From positions 1-64,000 of IMG/VR virus record IMGVR_UViG_3300005805_009577: a stretch of DNA of 64,000 nucleotides. One strand, written 5' to 3'. The stretch comes from a virus. Below are positions 46,858 through 56,091 of this stretch, in pieces. A program made the position numbers and the translations under genes. The notes beneath the pieces are model-generated. The model worked only from the letters and a program-made list of their open reading frames with translations, ran no database searches and was not told the DNA's origin. The stretch's first letter is position 1. The number at the start of each line of letters is the position of its first letter.

Positions 46858-47136
46858 ATGCCGCGTGTTAAGAATCAGGAGGCTGTTGCTCTTGATAAGT
46901 TTCTTGAGGCCGTTCACCGTCACGTTGCTGCCGGTCATACGGTTGAAGAGTGTGCTAAGGATCTTAATCTTAAGCCCGCTTCGGTTTCGGTTCGTCTTTC
47001 GCAGCTTCGCAAGAAGTTTAAGGACGCTGGGATTGAAATGGACATTCCTCGCTTCAAGGGTGGCGTTCGTAAGTCCACGCTTATCGACGAGGCCAAGGTT
47101 ATCCTTGAGCGGCTTCAGTCGAAGAAGAGCCGCTGA
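46858..47136 (+). CDS. Small HTH DNA-binding protein (paralog of 7172..7423)
   Basis: AGGAG RBS; TVEECAKDLNLKPASVSVRLSQLRKK; GC-richer biased codons. Confidence 0.75.
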   Translation: MPRVKNQEAVALDKFLEAVHRHVAAGHTVEECAKDLNLKPASVSVRLSQLRKKFKDAGIEMDIPRFKGGVRKSTLIDEAKVILERLQSKKSR

Positions 47137-47167
47137 TATTGTTCTGAACAAAAATAAAATTTTTTGT

Positions 47168-47208
47168 ATAACCGGCGTATTGACACGCCGGTTATTTTTT
47201 TTTATAAT
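47168..47208 (+). terminator. Terminator hairpin overlapping a consensus sigma-70 promoter
   Basis: ATAACCGGCGT-ATTGAC-ACGCCGGTTAT plus T run; TTGACA 47180-85, 17 bp spacer, TATAAT 47203-08. Confidence 0.75.
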
Positions 47209-47234
47209 GGTAAAAATTAACAAGGAGTTTAAAT

Positions 47235-47450
47235 ATGAAACTAGAGCAATCTAAAATAGTTGAGTGGAAAAGCGAAGATGGAAAGAAGATACTGTGGATA
47301 ATCACCGACCAAGAAAACATGGGTGTTGTGATACACTCTGATGACTTGTTAAAGCTTGGCACAACAACTAATTTAAAAGATTATAATGTTGCACCTTTTA
47401 TCGGTTCGGTAAAAATTAATTCTGATGTGAGTAATGAACAAAGATCTTAG
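47235..47450 (+). CDS. Hypothetical protein
   Basis: AAGGAG RBS. Confidence 0.65.
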   Translation: MKLEQSKIVEWKSEDGKKILWIITDQENMGVVIHSDDLLKLGTTTNLKDYNVAPFIGSVKINSDVSNEQRS

Positions 47451-47760
47451 GTATTTTGAAAATATAAAAAAAATAGAAATTGATTACCCAGATAAATATA
47501 CTTTTATTTGTTATAACGATATTTTAGATAAAATAAAAATTAAGATAAATGAAAAAGAAGTAGATAAATCTTCTTTGATTCTTAAGTCTAAATATCTTAA
47601 ACAAATAAAGTTTGAGACCGTTGTTTTTATTTGGTTAGAAAAAGAAGGTTATATTAAAAATTTTTCTGAATTTTGTGAAGATGCTATAATACCATCTGAT
47701 GAGTATTGTAAAAAAAATAATATTCAATTTTTGAGGTTTTACACATTTCACAAGGAGTAA
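47434..47760 (+). CDS. Hypothetical protein
   Basis: 108-aa coupled ORF. Confidence 0.6.
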   Translation: MNKDLRYFENIKKIEIDYPDKYTFICYNDILDKIKIKINEKEVDKSSLILKSKYLKQIKFETVVFIWLEKEGYIKNFSEFCEDAIIPSDEYCKKNNIQFLRFYTFHKE

Positions 47761-47764
47761 AATT

Positions 47765-48127
47765 ATGCCATACATTGATTTGGAAAGAAGACAAAAACTT
47801 GATAATTCTATTAACCAAATGATTCTTTCTTTAAAAGAATTATTGGGAGCAGAAGACAATCTTTTTAATAAGGAAAAAATAAGTAATGAAGAGTTTGTCC
47901 AGCTTCTTGGCGACTTAAACTATTGTTTTTCTAGAGTTTTGTCTGGACTGATGACCGATGTTAGTTATTCTAAAATAGCGATGATTACCGGCGTATTGGA
48001 GAATATTAAACAAGAATACTATAGAAGAGTTGCAGTCCCATACGAAGATAAAAAAATTGATCAAAACGGGGATATAAAAGAATATCTAAAAAATCCACCA
48101 AATGAATGCCGCCATAGATGGAGATAA
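47765..48127 (+). CDS. DUF6899-like phage protein
   Basis: MPYI...GDLNY...GVLENIKQEYYRRVAVPYEDKKI..NGDI. Confidence 0.7.
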   Translation: MPYIDLERRQKLDNSINQMILSLKELLGAEDNLFNKEKISNEEFVQLLGDLNYCFSRVLSGLMTDVSYSKIAMITGVLENIKQEYYRRVAVPYEDKKIDQNGDIKEYLKNPPNECRHRWR

Positions 48128-48738
48128 TTTTGGAAAAGCCTGGATTTATTCATATAACTAAAACAGGCGGAGCATGTATTAAAAATACAATAATGCAATC
48201 TTATAAAGATTATTTTTTATTAGATGGATTCTACAATGAATACCATGATTTAGATACTTCGTATTTTGAAAATCCGTTCGCCATAATTAGAGACCCAGTG
48301 GATAGATTTTTTTCTTTATATTATTATTGGAAGAACGGATCAGAAATTTTTAAAGAAAAATTACCAGATTACACAATCAGTGATTTTATTTATTTTTTGA
48401 AAATAGATGATTGTGCACTCAACACTAGTAGAACTTGGATAAGCTTTTTTAAACCACAATCGGAATGGATAAAAGAAGAAGATTATAAAAAAACTGTGAT
48501 TTTGATTTATAAAAAAAATCTTAACCAAACCTTTGATCAATTGCTTAATTATTACAATATACCAATTAGAAACGAATTATCTGAATTTAATGTTACTAAA
48601 AATAAAAGTGACAAACTAGGTGTTTATCTTTTTGCAAAAAATTTAAACGAGTTTATACAGACCAAATATCAATCTGATTTCGATCTGTATGATAAAGCTT
48701 TAAATAACCCGGAGTTATTTAGAAAAGTTATACTGTAA
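48118..48738 (+). CDS. Sulfotransferase family 2-like protein
   Basis: FIHITKTGG, IRDPVDRFFSLY, FKPQSEW, DFDLY. Confidence 0.8.
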   Translation: MEIILEKPGFIHITKTGGACIKNTIMQSYKDYFLLDGFYNEYHDLDTSYFENPFAIIRDPVDRFFSLYYYWKNGSEIFKEKLPDYTISDFIYFLKIDDCALNTSRTWISFFKPQSEWIKEEDYKKTVILIYKKNLNQTFDQLLNYYNIPIRNELSEFNVTKNKSDKLGVYLFAKNLNEFIQTKYQSDFDLYDKALNNPELFRKVIL

Positions 48739-48751
48739 GGAGGAATTTACA

Positions 48752-49507
48752 TTGATAGTTAAATATAGAAAATATTTAAATGATATTGTTGTTCCAAAGA
48801 AAATAAAAATAAAAGTGCCGGGTTGGGCTGGAAACCCTGGCTATGATGAACCAAGTCCTTGGCATTGTAAGCCTTTTATTGACGCTTGTTGCTATTCTTA
48901 CGAATTGTCTTATCCATTTGACGGAGAACTGTTTGTTAAAAAGCAAAACGGGAAAATTATTTTTGAATCTGAAAATAAACTTGCTTTAAAATACATAGAA
49001 GAATTTGCACCCAATTATTACAGCATATCTAGTTTTATAGATTTAATACCACCAGAGGGCTTTTTGACTAGATTAGAGCCTCATCCAAGATTTTATACCG
49101 ACCATACAGGTACTTGCCCTATTGCCGTTTCTGGTCACATTAAGAGATTCTGGTCTAGAGTTTTTTTTGTTGTGTTTAAAGCCCCGCTAGAGGGACAGGT
49201 TAACATTTTTTCTCATAATCAGCCTTATGCAAGCTTATTGTTTATTCCGGAAAATCCAAGCTTTGAATTAAGCAAAATGAACTCTGAGGAAATTAAGTCT
49301 AGGGAAAATTTAGAGGCAACAATACATGAAAAAAGCGATAAAATCGCCACTCACAAATGGACTGATGCCAAAGGAAATAATTTTAACAATAAGTATAAAG
49401 TTTTAAATAAAATATATGAAAAAAGCGGAATTGATGCCGTTTTTGGATTTTTAAATAAATTTAAGCCATTAAAAATTAAAAAATGTTTAATTAAATTTAA
49501 AAAATAG
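48752..49507 (+). CDS. Hypothetical protein
   Basis: 251-aa ORF; WHCKPFIDA. Confidence 0.65.
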   Translation: MIVKYRKYLNDIVVPKKIKIKVPGWAGNPGYDEPSPWHCKPFIDACCYSYELSYPFDGELFVKKQNGKIIFESENKLALKYIEEFAPNYYSISSFIDLIPPEGFLTRLEPHPRFYTDHTGTCPIAVSGHIKRFWSRVFFVVFKAPLEGQVNIFSHNQPYASLLFIPENPSFELSKMNSEEIKSRENLEATIHEKSDKIATHKWTDAKGNNFNNKYKVLNKIYEKSGIDAVFGFLNKFKPLKIKKCLIKFKK

Positions 49508-49525
49508 TTAATATATAATCTTGAA

Positions 49526-50209
49526 ATGTCGATTCAAGAAGATTATATATATAAATTAATACACGGCTATCGAGACATATATGAAAACTTTGACCATACA
49601 AAATATGAAGATATTTTATATGGATGGAACAGCGATAGCAAATTTTTTTATGAAGCTATTAATGAATCAAAACCTAATTACATATTAGAAATAGGTTCTT
49701 TTTTAGGAAAATCAGCAATACATATGGGGAATTATATTAAAAATAATTCTCTAAGCACAAAAATAATATGTGTAGATACTTGGCTTGGCTCACTAGAGAT
49801 GATAGCCGATAGATTTCCGGCTGAAAGAGAAAAAATAGTAAAAAATGGGATGCCAAGATTATATGATTATTTTTTAGCTAATGTTAAAAAGCACGGATTA
49901 GAAAATATAATTATACCTTTTCCTCAAACGTCTTACAATGCTTTGAAATTTTTTATGCAACATAACATATTTTTCGACCTAATATATTTGGATGGATCAA
50001 ATTATTATGAAGAATTAAAAAAAGATATAGATCTTTCTTGGGATGTTTTAAGCAATGATGGCATTATGTTTGGCGATGATTATAGAAATTTTAGCTGGCC
50101 TCAAATTGCAGTAGCAGTAAATGAATTCGTTGCAGACAATAAGTTAGCAGATAATTTCAAAGTAAATTATGATTGTTATTGGTCCTTAAAAAAAAAACAG
50201 GTGACCTAA
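49526..50209 (+). CDS. Class I SAM-dependent methyltransferase (Methyltransf_24-like)
   Basis: ILEIGSFLGKSA, CVDTWLGS, FDLIYLDG, GIMFGDDY. Confidence 0.88.
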   Translation: MSIQEDYIYKLIHGYRDIYENFDHTKYEDILYGWNSDSKFFYEAINESKPNYILEIGSFLGKSAIHMGNYIKNNSLSTKIICVDTWLGSLEMIADRFPAEREKIVKNGMPRLYDYFLANVKKHGLENIIIPFPQTSYNALKFFMQHNIFFDLIYLDGSNYYEELKKDIDLSWDVLSNDGIMFGDDYRNFSWPQIAVAVNEFVADNKLADNFKVNYDCYWSLKKKQVT

Positions 50210-50883
50210 AATACATAATCACTTCTCATCCAAAATATACAAAAGCTTTAGAGCACTTGTTAGATAGCATGTATGTTGCCAAGATAAAGCCTTCAGATAT
50301 AATAGTTATCTTGGGCGATTGCAACACAAATGGCAAACATATAAATGAAAATATTAAAATAAGGCCTGGAGTTCATTATATTCCCATTGAAAATAATTTG
50401 TATGAATATAATTTTTTTATTGGTGTAATGAAGGCAATAGAATTGGGTGTATGTAAAAGAATAGATAGTTTTTTTCTTTTGCATGATACTTGTATGGTTG
50501 GAAATAGATTTTTAGAAAAAACTTTAGAAGCTCACCAAAACATGTCGGAACAAATTTTTTGGAACAATTTTAAAGGCAACTTCAATATAGGTATATTTAA
50601 ATACGCCGCAATTAAAGAGGGATATAATTTATTTAAAAAAATGAAAACTATGAATAAGCACGTTGCAATTTTAACAGAACACAACAAGCATCATTATAGT
50701 TTAAAAAGATTTCCCGTATCCCAGAAGTTTAATCCACAAGTAAAAAATATTAGACATTTTTTCAATCAAGATGTCTATAATGAGAAAAGAAAAAGAACTG
50801 TGGCTTATATTAGATTTTTTGATTTACTGAAATTTTTTCTTTGGGTTCCAAATGGTAATTGCCATCCAAATAATATTGAATAA
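50173..50883 (+). CDS. Glycosyltransferase-like protein; start uncertain
   Basis: IITSH...LLDSM, NLYEYN, FFLLHDTC; only a TTG without RBS at the 5' end. Confidence 0.55.
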   Translation: MLLVLKKKTGDLKYIITSHPKYTKALEHLLDSMYVAKIKPSDIIVILGDCNTNGKHINENIKIRPGVHYIPIENNLYEYNFFIGVMKAIELGVCKRIDSFFLLHDTCMVGNRFLEKTLEAHQNMSEQIFWNNFKGNFNIGIFKYAAIKEGYNLFKKMKTMNKHVAILTEHNKHHYSLKRFPVSQKFNPQVKNIRHFFNQDVYNEKRKRTVAYIRFFDLLKFFLWVPNGNCHPNNIE

Positions 50884-50923
50884 AATCATTTTTAATAAAA
50901 CCAATTTTTTACTATAACATTTT

Positions 50924-51304
50924 ATGCTTAACTTAAAAGAATATAATAAAAACAAAGACATAAAAAAATACATTCAAAAAATGTTTGAAGCAAGACATGT
51001 TGCACATAATGTCCACTTAAAAACAAAGAGCTATAGCCAGCACGTGGCGTTAAACAGTTTTTATGAAAATTTATTAGAAATGATAGATGATTTTGTAGAA
51101 ACATATCAAGGCCAATATGGAATAGTAAGCGATATTGATTTTTCTACACAGCCTGTTGAAAATATTGTTGAGTATTTAGAAGAGTTTTGTTCTTTGACAA
51201 AATCGGCTAGAGAATCTTTAAAAGAATCTCATTTACAAAATATGTTAGACGAAATATTATCTTTAGCATATAAAACAATTTACAAATTAAAATATTTAGT
51301 TTAG
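50924..51304 (+). CDS. DUF5856-like ferritin-fold protein
   Basis: HNVHLKTKSYSQHVALNSFYE...DDFVETYQGQYG...YKLKYL. Confidence 0.75.
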   Translation: MLNLKEYNKNKDIKKYIQKMFEARHVAHNVHLKTKSYSQHVALNSFYENLLEMIDDFVETYQGQYGIVSDIDFSTQPVENIVEYLEEFCSLTKSARESLKESHLQNMLDEILSLAYKTIYKLKYLV

Positions 51305-51310
51305 TAATTT

Positions 51311-51958
51311 ATGTCTAAAAAATTTTTAAGCTCTGAGTGTAAGTATTGTAATAAATTATTTTACTTTTCTAAATTTACTAAAAATAACAATTACTGTAGT
51401 GATTTTTGTGAAGACAAGCGTGGAAAATCTATATGTAAAATTTGTTTAAAAGAATTTAAAAATAACGCCGAGAGAGTAACTTGTAGTAAAAAATGTTTAT
51501 CTAAATATATAAAATATTTTTACAAAAAATGTAATAATAAAAATTTTTTTTGGCAATTACTATCTAAAGCCCTACAATCAAATTCTAAAATTGTAAGCAA
51601 ATCTTGGGGATTAGAAATACACTTTTGTAATAACAATAATTATTGTATGAAGTATTTGGTTTATTTTAAAAATAATCAATCTTCTTTTCATTTTCATGAA
51701 ATTAAAACAGAGCTATGGTATTGTCTTTACGGAAAATTTGATTGCATTATGCAAAAGGGTGGCAACAAAAAAATATTTAAAATAACTTCTGGCGATAAGT
51801 TAGAAATAAGTCCCAAGGTAAAGCACCAATTGAGAGCATTAGACAATTCTATAATATTGGAAGTATCAACTAGAGACTATCCAGAGGATAGTATAAAGTT
51901 AGCCCCTCCTTGTTTGACTCAAGGAGGGGCTAACAAATTTACATTCTTGTCAAAGTAG
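51311..51958 (+). CDS. Cupin-domain protein with N-terminal Zn-ribbon motifs
   Basis: KSWGLE, SSFHFHEIKTELWY, HQLRAL, ILEVST; CKYC..YCSDFC. Confidence 0.75.
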   Translation: MSKKFLSSECKYCNKLFYFSKFTKNNNYCSDFCEDKRGKSICKICLKEFKNNAERVTCSKKCLSKYIKYFYKKCNNKNFFWQLLSKALQSNSKIVSKSWGLEIHFCNNNNYCMKYLVYFKNNQSSFHFHEIKTELWYCLYGKFDCIMQKGGNKKIFKITSGDKLEISPKVKHQLRALDNSIILEVSTRDYPEDSIKLAPPCLTQGGANKFTFLSK

Positions 51959-52163
51959 TTATTCCTAATGCCAAACTTATCATTCCTACAATAGAAATTG
52001 GAAATGGTGTCGATAGACACCAAAAAATTCCCAATATTATTGCCACAACAGCAAAAATTGCACTCAATACATAAAAATTAAAATATAAAAAAAACAATGA
52101 AACAGGACCAGACAATAAAACCGAAATAAATATAAGACTAACCATCAAAGCTAATGAAGCCAT
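51939..52163 (-). CDS. Small membrane protein
   Basis: GGAGG RBS; hydrophobic throughout. Confidence 0.65.
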   Translation of the reverse strand: MASLALMVSLIFISVLLSGPVSLFFLYFNFYVLSAIFAVVAIILGIFWCLSTPFPISIVGMISLALGITTLTRM

Positions 52164-52186
52164 CTAACCTCCTTGTAAAAGATTTA

Positions 52187-52624
52187 TTAATCCAGCCAAT
52201 CTAAAAATTCTTTTTCTTTTTTATAACCATTTGATTCTTTTAAAACACTTTCGTCTTTGTCAATTATAAAGTAGCTTGGTATAGAAGAAACTTTATATTT
52301 TTTTGCTAAATTTTTATTTTTTGATATGTCAATATGACAAATTATATATTTGTCTAACTTGCTTGATACATCTTTATTGGACAATACTATTTTTTGTTTT
52401 TTGCACCAAGAGCAATATTCTCCTCCAAAAAATACAAAAACTTTTTTATCATTTTTTTTAGCTAATTCTAAAGACTCTTCATAACTTAAGTTTTTATTAC
52501 AATTGCAAGGATTGCAATGACATTGTTCGCCATTTTTTGTGCAATTACAATCGTGCGAATAAGAGTATGAAGGCATAAAAATTACAGACAATAAAATTAA
52601 CAGTTGTAATGATTTTTTAATCAT
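52187..52624 (-). CDS. Exported thioredoxin-like protein with a Cys-rich leader
   Basis: GGAGG RBS before MIKKS; signal peptide; CNC..CHC.PCNC; YCSWCK; IPSYFII. Confidence 0.8.
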   Translation of the reverse strand: MIKKSLQLLILLSVIFMPSYSYSHDCNCTKNGEQCHCNPCNCNKNLSYEESLELAKKNDKKVFVFFGGEYCSWCKKQKIVLSNKDVSSKLDKYIICHIDISKNKNLAKKYKVSSIPSYFIIDKDESVLKESNGYKKEKEFLDWLD

Positions 52625-52718
52625 TTGAAACCTCCGTGCTTCTATAATTATATACGCATCTGAATTGATTAAAATCTTTTTAAATAGAAAAATAGACAAA
52701 AAACACTCTTATTTTTTG

Positions 52719-52724
52719 GGTACG
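52719..52724 (+). promoter_or_regulatory. RGTACG motif, copy 10
   Basis: ATTTTTTG-GGTACG, 10 nt before ATG 52735, which has no SD. Confidence 0.55.
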
Positions 52725-52734
52725 TTATCTTTTT

Positions 52735-52920
52735 ATGGGAAAAGAAAAATCTGATAAGATTCGCAAAGAAATGTTAGTGGTTGATGGAAATGAAATCAAG
52801 AGAATCTGTAGAGATGAATTGGGCGGCATAACTTTTATTGCCGAAGTTCTTCATTCAAGAATTGTATTGACTGCTTGGACTGGCGAAAACGAAAAAGTTT
52901 TAGCAACACAAGTAAAGTAA
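52735..52920 (+). CDS. Hypothetical protein
   Basis: 61-aa ORF. Confidence 0.55.
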   Translation: MGKEKSDKIRKEMLVVDGNEIKRICRDELGGITFIAEVLHSRIVLTAWTGENEKVLATQVK

Positions 52921-52925
52921 TAATT

Positions 52926-53222
52926 ATGTCTAAGAAAAAGAAAAAACATACTTTGCCCTCGGCAGAAGAACAAAAGAAAGATATGATCAAAAGATATGGT
53001 CATTCTTGTAATTGGGTTAATGTTCAAATGCATTTGACTTATAATGAAATGATGGAATACTTTGGGTCACAATGCGAAGAATTTGAACCGCTTTGTGCTA
53101 ATTGTTCTAATTGGGTAATGTGGCACAAAACAGGAAAGGCTGAGATTTCTTTTGAGCGTGAAGAAATTTTGAGCATCTTAAAAGAAAATCATAATGGTCG
53201 TATTGGAGAACAAAACAAATGA
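52926..53222 (+). CDS. Hypothetical protein
   Basis: ATG 52926; CEEFEPLCANC. Confidence 0.6.
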   Translation: MSKKKKKHTLPSAEEQKKDMIKRYGHSCNWVNVQMHLTYNEMMEYFGSQCEEFEPLCANCSNWVMWHKTGKAEISFEREEILSILKENHNGRIGEQNK

Positions 53223-53527
53223 GAGATTTTATTGAATTGGGATCTGCCCCTTGCAATGAAGATTGTGCACAAGTTGGCTCTGATAATTATTTTGAAGAAT
53301 CCATTGCAGAGTCTAAAAGATATATAAATCTTTTAGAAAAGAAATTCGGAAAACACAAGCCTCTTAATTGTTCTTTTAAAAGAAAAAGTTTTCCGCATGA
53401 TTTCGGAAATTACTATGAGGTGGTTGTGATATTTGATTCTTCTGATGAAGAAAGCGTTAAATTTGCTTACTATGTGGAAAACAACCTTCCAGAAAACTGG
53501 TCGGACGATTCAGAAGTTCCTTTTTAA
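53219..53527 (+). CDS. Hypothetical phage protein
   Basis: IELGSAPCNEDCAQVG...FPHDFGNYYEV...PENW. Confidence 0.7.
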   Translation: MRDFIELGSAPCNEDCAQVGSDNYFEESIAESKRYINLLEKKFGKHKPLNCSFKRKSFPHDFGNYYEVVVIFDSSDEESVKFAYYVENNLPENWSDDSEVPF

Positions 53528-53544
53528 ATGATATATATAATATA

Positions 53545-53877
53545 ATGATAGACTACAACGAAGATTATTTCTATTTTGGCAAAGGAAATAATGAAAATTG
53601 GTGGGATCATGAAGTATTTCAGGAAAAAGGCTTTTTAAAGTTTAAAGATAGAGTTTATTCTTATTTTGACAATGAGTTAAGTATTGAAAAGCTTTTAGTA
53701 GAGCTTATCTGTGATGACAACGGAAACGACTTTGAGTATAATGGGGCTCCTGTAGAAAAAAGACTTGACCTTCTGATTTGCTACGGCTACAAAAAAAACG
53801 AGAATGTCCCCAACGTTGCTTCAAATGTAATGAATTGGTTAATAACTAAAAACCTCATGCAACTGACAAATGATTGA
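53545..53877 (+). CDS. Hypothetical protein
   Basis: 110-aa ORF. Confidence 0.6.
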   Translation: MIDYNEDYFYFGKGNNENWWDHEVFQEKGFLKFKDRVYSYFDNELSIEKLLVELICDDNGNDFEYNGAPVEKRLDLLICYGYKKNENVPNVASNVMNWLITKNLMQLTND

Positions 53878-54259
53878 AAAAGCTTTTCATAAAATCTGTG
53901 ATAATGCCAAACCGGCTAAATCTTTATATGTGAGCCTTTATGTAAACATTCCTTATTATGGGGGTCCAGAAGAAGGCGGTTGGTGGGGCAAAGATACAAA
54001 GTTGGTAGCATATAAAGAATACTCTAGCATAGAAAGTGCAAAAGCAGCTTTACAGGCTGTCAACAAATACTCTCAAGAGCTAAACGATCAAGCTAAAGTT
54101 GAATTTGGCGAAAAATGTAAAGCAGAGTGCGAATGGCTTGACGAAAGAGGATTAGATGGCGATTATTTGCCAGAAGTTGATGGAGAAAGTGAATACTTTG
54201 TTGTAATAGAATCAACTCCCGGCGAAGGTAATAGTCAAGGCACTAGGCATTACGAATAA
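53870..54259 (+). CDS. Hypothetical phage protein
   Basis: YGGPEEGGWW motif. Confidence 0.7.
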   Translation: MIEKAFHKICDNAKPAKSLYVSLYVNIPYYGGPEEGGWWGKDTKLVAYKEYSSIESAKAALQAVNKYSQELNDQAKVEFGEKCKAECEWLDERGLDGDYLPEVDGESEYFVVIESTPGEGNSQGTRHYE

Positions 54260-54260
54260 A

Positions 54261-54638
54261 ATGTATGACTACGAATTTTATTTTATTGACGATAAAAATG
54301 AAATAGGATTGGACTTTAACAAAACTATAAAAGTTTATGTTGACATAGAATATAGATGGTATGGTTCATACCACGATAATAGTGAAGGCGAAATGTGCAT
54401 AGAGTCGATAGACATTTCTACTGTTTTAATTGAAAGTAAATCTAATAATCTTTTAGAATCTTTTAAAAATGATAAAAATTATTGGGATGAATTAAGCGAA
54501 GAAAAAAAAGAATTGGTTAAAAATTGGGTTTGGCATAAATTAGAATCGAAAGAAATAATTGAAATATTAAAAGAAGAATATTTAGATCAATCTTGTGCGG
54601 CTGCTGAAAGATATTATGAAAGGTTGTCCGAGGGATAA
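54261..54638 (+). CDS. Hypothetical protein
   Basis: 125-aa ORF. Confidence 0.6.
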   Translation: MYDYEFYFIDDKNEIGLDFNKTIKVYVDIEYRWYGSYHDNSEGEMCIESIDISTVLIESKSNNLLESFKNDKNYWDELSEEKKELVKNWVWHKLESKEIIEILKEEYLDQSCAAAERYYERLSEG

Positions 54639-54653
54639 AAGGATTTTAATACT

Positions 54654-55388
54654 ATGATAGAAGTTTTTATAAACAGAGTAATTATAAATTGTTTAAAAGA
54701 AGAAGCAAAATACTTCAAATCTAATATTTTGTATAATCTTTTTAAAAGTGTTCCTAATCTTGAAAGCATTAGTTTTACTAAATCTAATGAATATGACGAT
54801 AATAACTACTATGATAGTTTTCAAGTTAACGATATTAATGGTGTTTCTATAGAAGATGAATGTTATATTAAAGATGAAAATGGCAATGTATTTAGCGACT
54901 GGCAGGAAGATGAGATTGTAGAAAAAGACAAGTTGGTGGATGAAGATTTAATACCAACTATCATGGAAATTACTGATGAATATGCACAAGCATCTGGTTA
55001 TGATTACGGGGATCACACTATATACAAAGAAAGTTTTAGTAAACACGAAGGCGTTCCAAATAAAGCTTTTATCGAATACTATAACTCTCGTCTAACAGGC
55101 AAGCCGGTTGCAGATGAATCTGTTTTTAAGGGCAAACCTGAAATCGCACTTTGTTATGCCTATGATGTTTTAAAAGGAAGACTTTCTCCTAAAATAGAAA
55201 GTTGTTTAAAGGAAGACTTTTACTTATGTTACCTCTATGCAGTAAATGTTATTAAAGGAAAACTACCTAGAGAATTAGAAAATCACTTTAGCTTAAAGAG
55301 TTTTAAAAGTCTTAATAATCGAGAAAAAAAATATTTTAAATTATATAAAGAATTTTTAGAGAACTCTAATGTTACACAAAAAGTTTGA
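54654..55388 (+). CDS. Two-domain protein: SISFT..NEYDD N-terminus plus helical YA..V.KG repeats
   Basis: ESISFTKSNEYDDNNY; ALCYAYDVLKGRL / CYLYAVNVIKGKLP. Confidence 0.7.
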   Translation: MIEVFINRVIINCLKEEAKYFKSNILYNLFKSVPNLESISFTKSNEYDDNNYYDSFQVNDINGVSIEDECYIKDENGNVFSDWQEDEIVEKDKLVDEDLIPTIMEITDEYAQASGYDYGDHTIYKESFSKHEGVPNKAFIEYYNSRLTGKPVADESVFKGKPEIALCYAYDVLKGRLSPKIESCLKEDFYLCYLYAVNVIKGKLPRELENHFSLKSFKSLNNREKKYFKLYKEFLENSNVTQKV

Positions 55389-55902
55389 CTTTTATATAAA
55401 TTTAAATGAGTGCTTCATAAAAGATTATGAATTAAATAAGTTTTGTGAAACATTTCCAAAATTAAATTCATTAATTTTAGAAATGAAAAGTTGTTTAAAT
55501 TCAGATTTTAAAAATTATCTTGTAGACTTAATTGTTCAAGATTATAAAGTTGGTCAAAAAACTTGCTCTGATGTTAGATATCATTTTGATGGAGATTTTA
55601 ATAGAGATAATCAATATTGCATGTGGTTGTGTGGAGAAAATAGAACAGTTTTTAGCAAAGAAATTTTTACAAAAGATTCTACTTTATTAAAAGGCTTTAC
55701 GACCGACAGAAATCATCAAAGCGAAACACTAGAGAGCTTTCTTAAAGAAAAGCCATCCTTTATAATACCAGAAAAGACTATTTTAGTTTATGACAGTTTA
55801 GTGCCGCATAAAGGAGTGATTTGCAAGAAATCAGGAAAAAGAGTTTTAGTTAGGTTGATGGGCACAAATTATATTAAGCCTAAAAATTTTATTAAAAGAT
55901 AA
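55369..55902 (+). CDS. Hypothetical protein, possible HxD...H (2OG-Fe(II)/cupin-like) fold
   Basis: YHFDG...YDSLVPHKG...RVLVR. Confidence 0.5.
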   Translation: MLHKKFDFYINLNECFIKDYELNKFCETFPKLNSLILEMKSCLNSDFKNYLVDLIVQDYKVGQKTCSDVRYHFDGDFNRDNQYCMWLCGENRTVFSKEIFTKDSTLLKGFTTDRNHQSETLESFLKEKPSFIIPEKTILVYDSLVPHKGVICKKSGKRVLVRLMGTNYIKPKNFIKR

Positions 55903-55903
55903 A

Positions 55904-56074
55904 TTACTGGTATTTGACATCGTATATTTCAACGTAACATTTGCCACATAATTGGCCTACACATTCTACATAAAACATTCTTTTATTTATATTGGTATTT
56001 TTATTTTCGTCTGTTTTTTTGTTACAAAGTACACAAACTTCTTTGTTTTCAAATTCTTTTAATAAATTATTCAC
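55904..56074 (-). CDS. 56-aa zinc-finger protein (absent from the ORF track)
   Basis: GTG start; EVCVLCNK...FYVECVGQLCGKCY. Confidence 0.55.
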   Translation of the reverse strand: MNNLLKEFENKEVCVLCNKKTDENKNTNINKRMFYVECVGQLCGKCYVEIYDVKYQ

Positions 56075-56091
56075 AAATACATTATAGTTAA

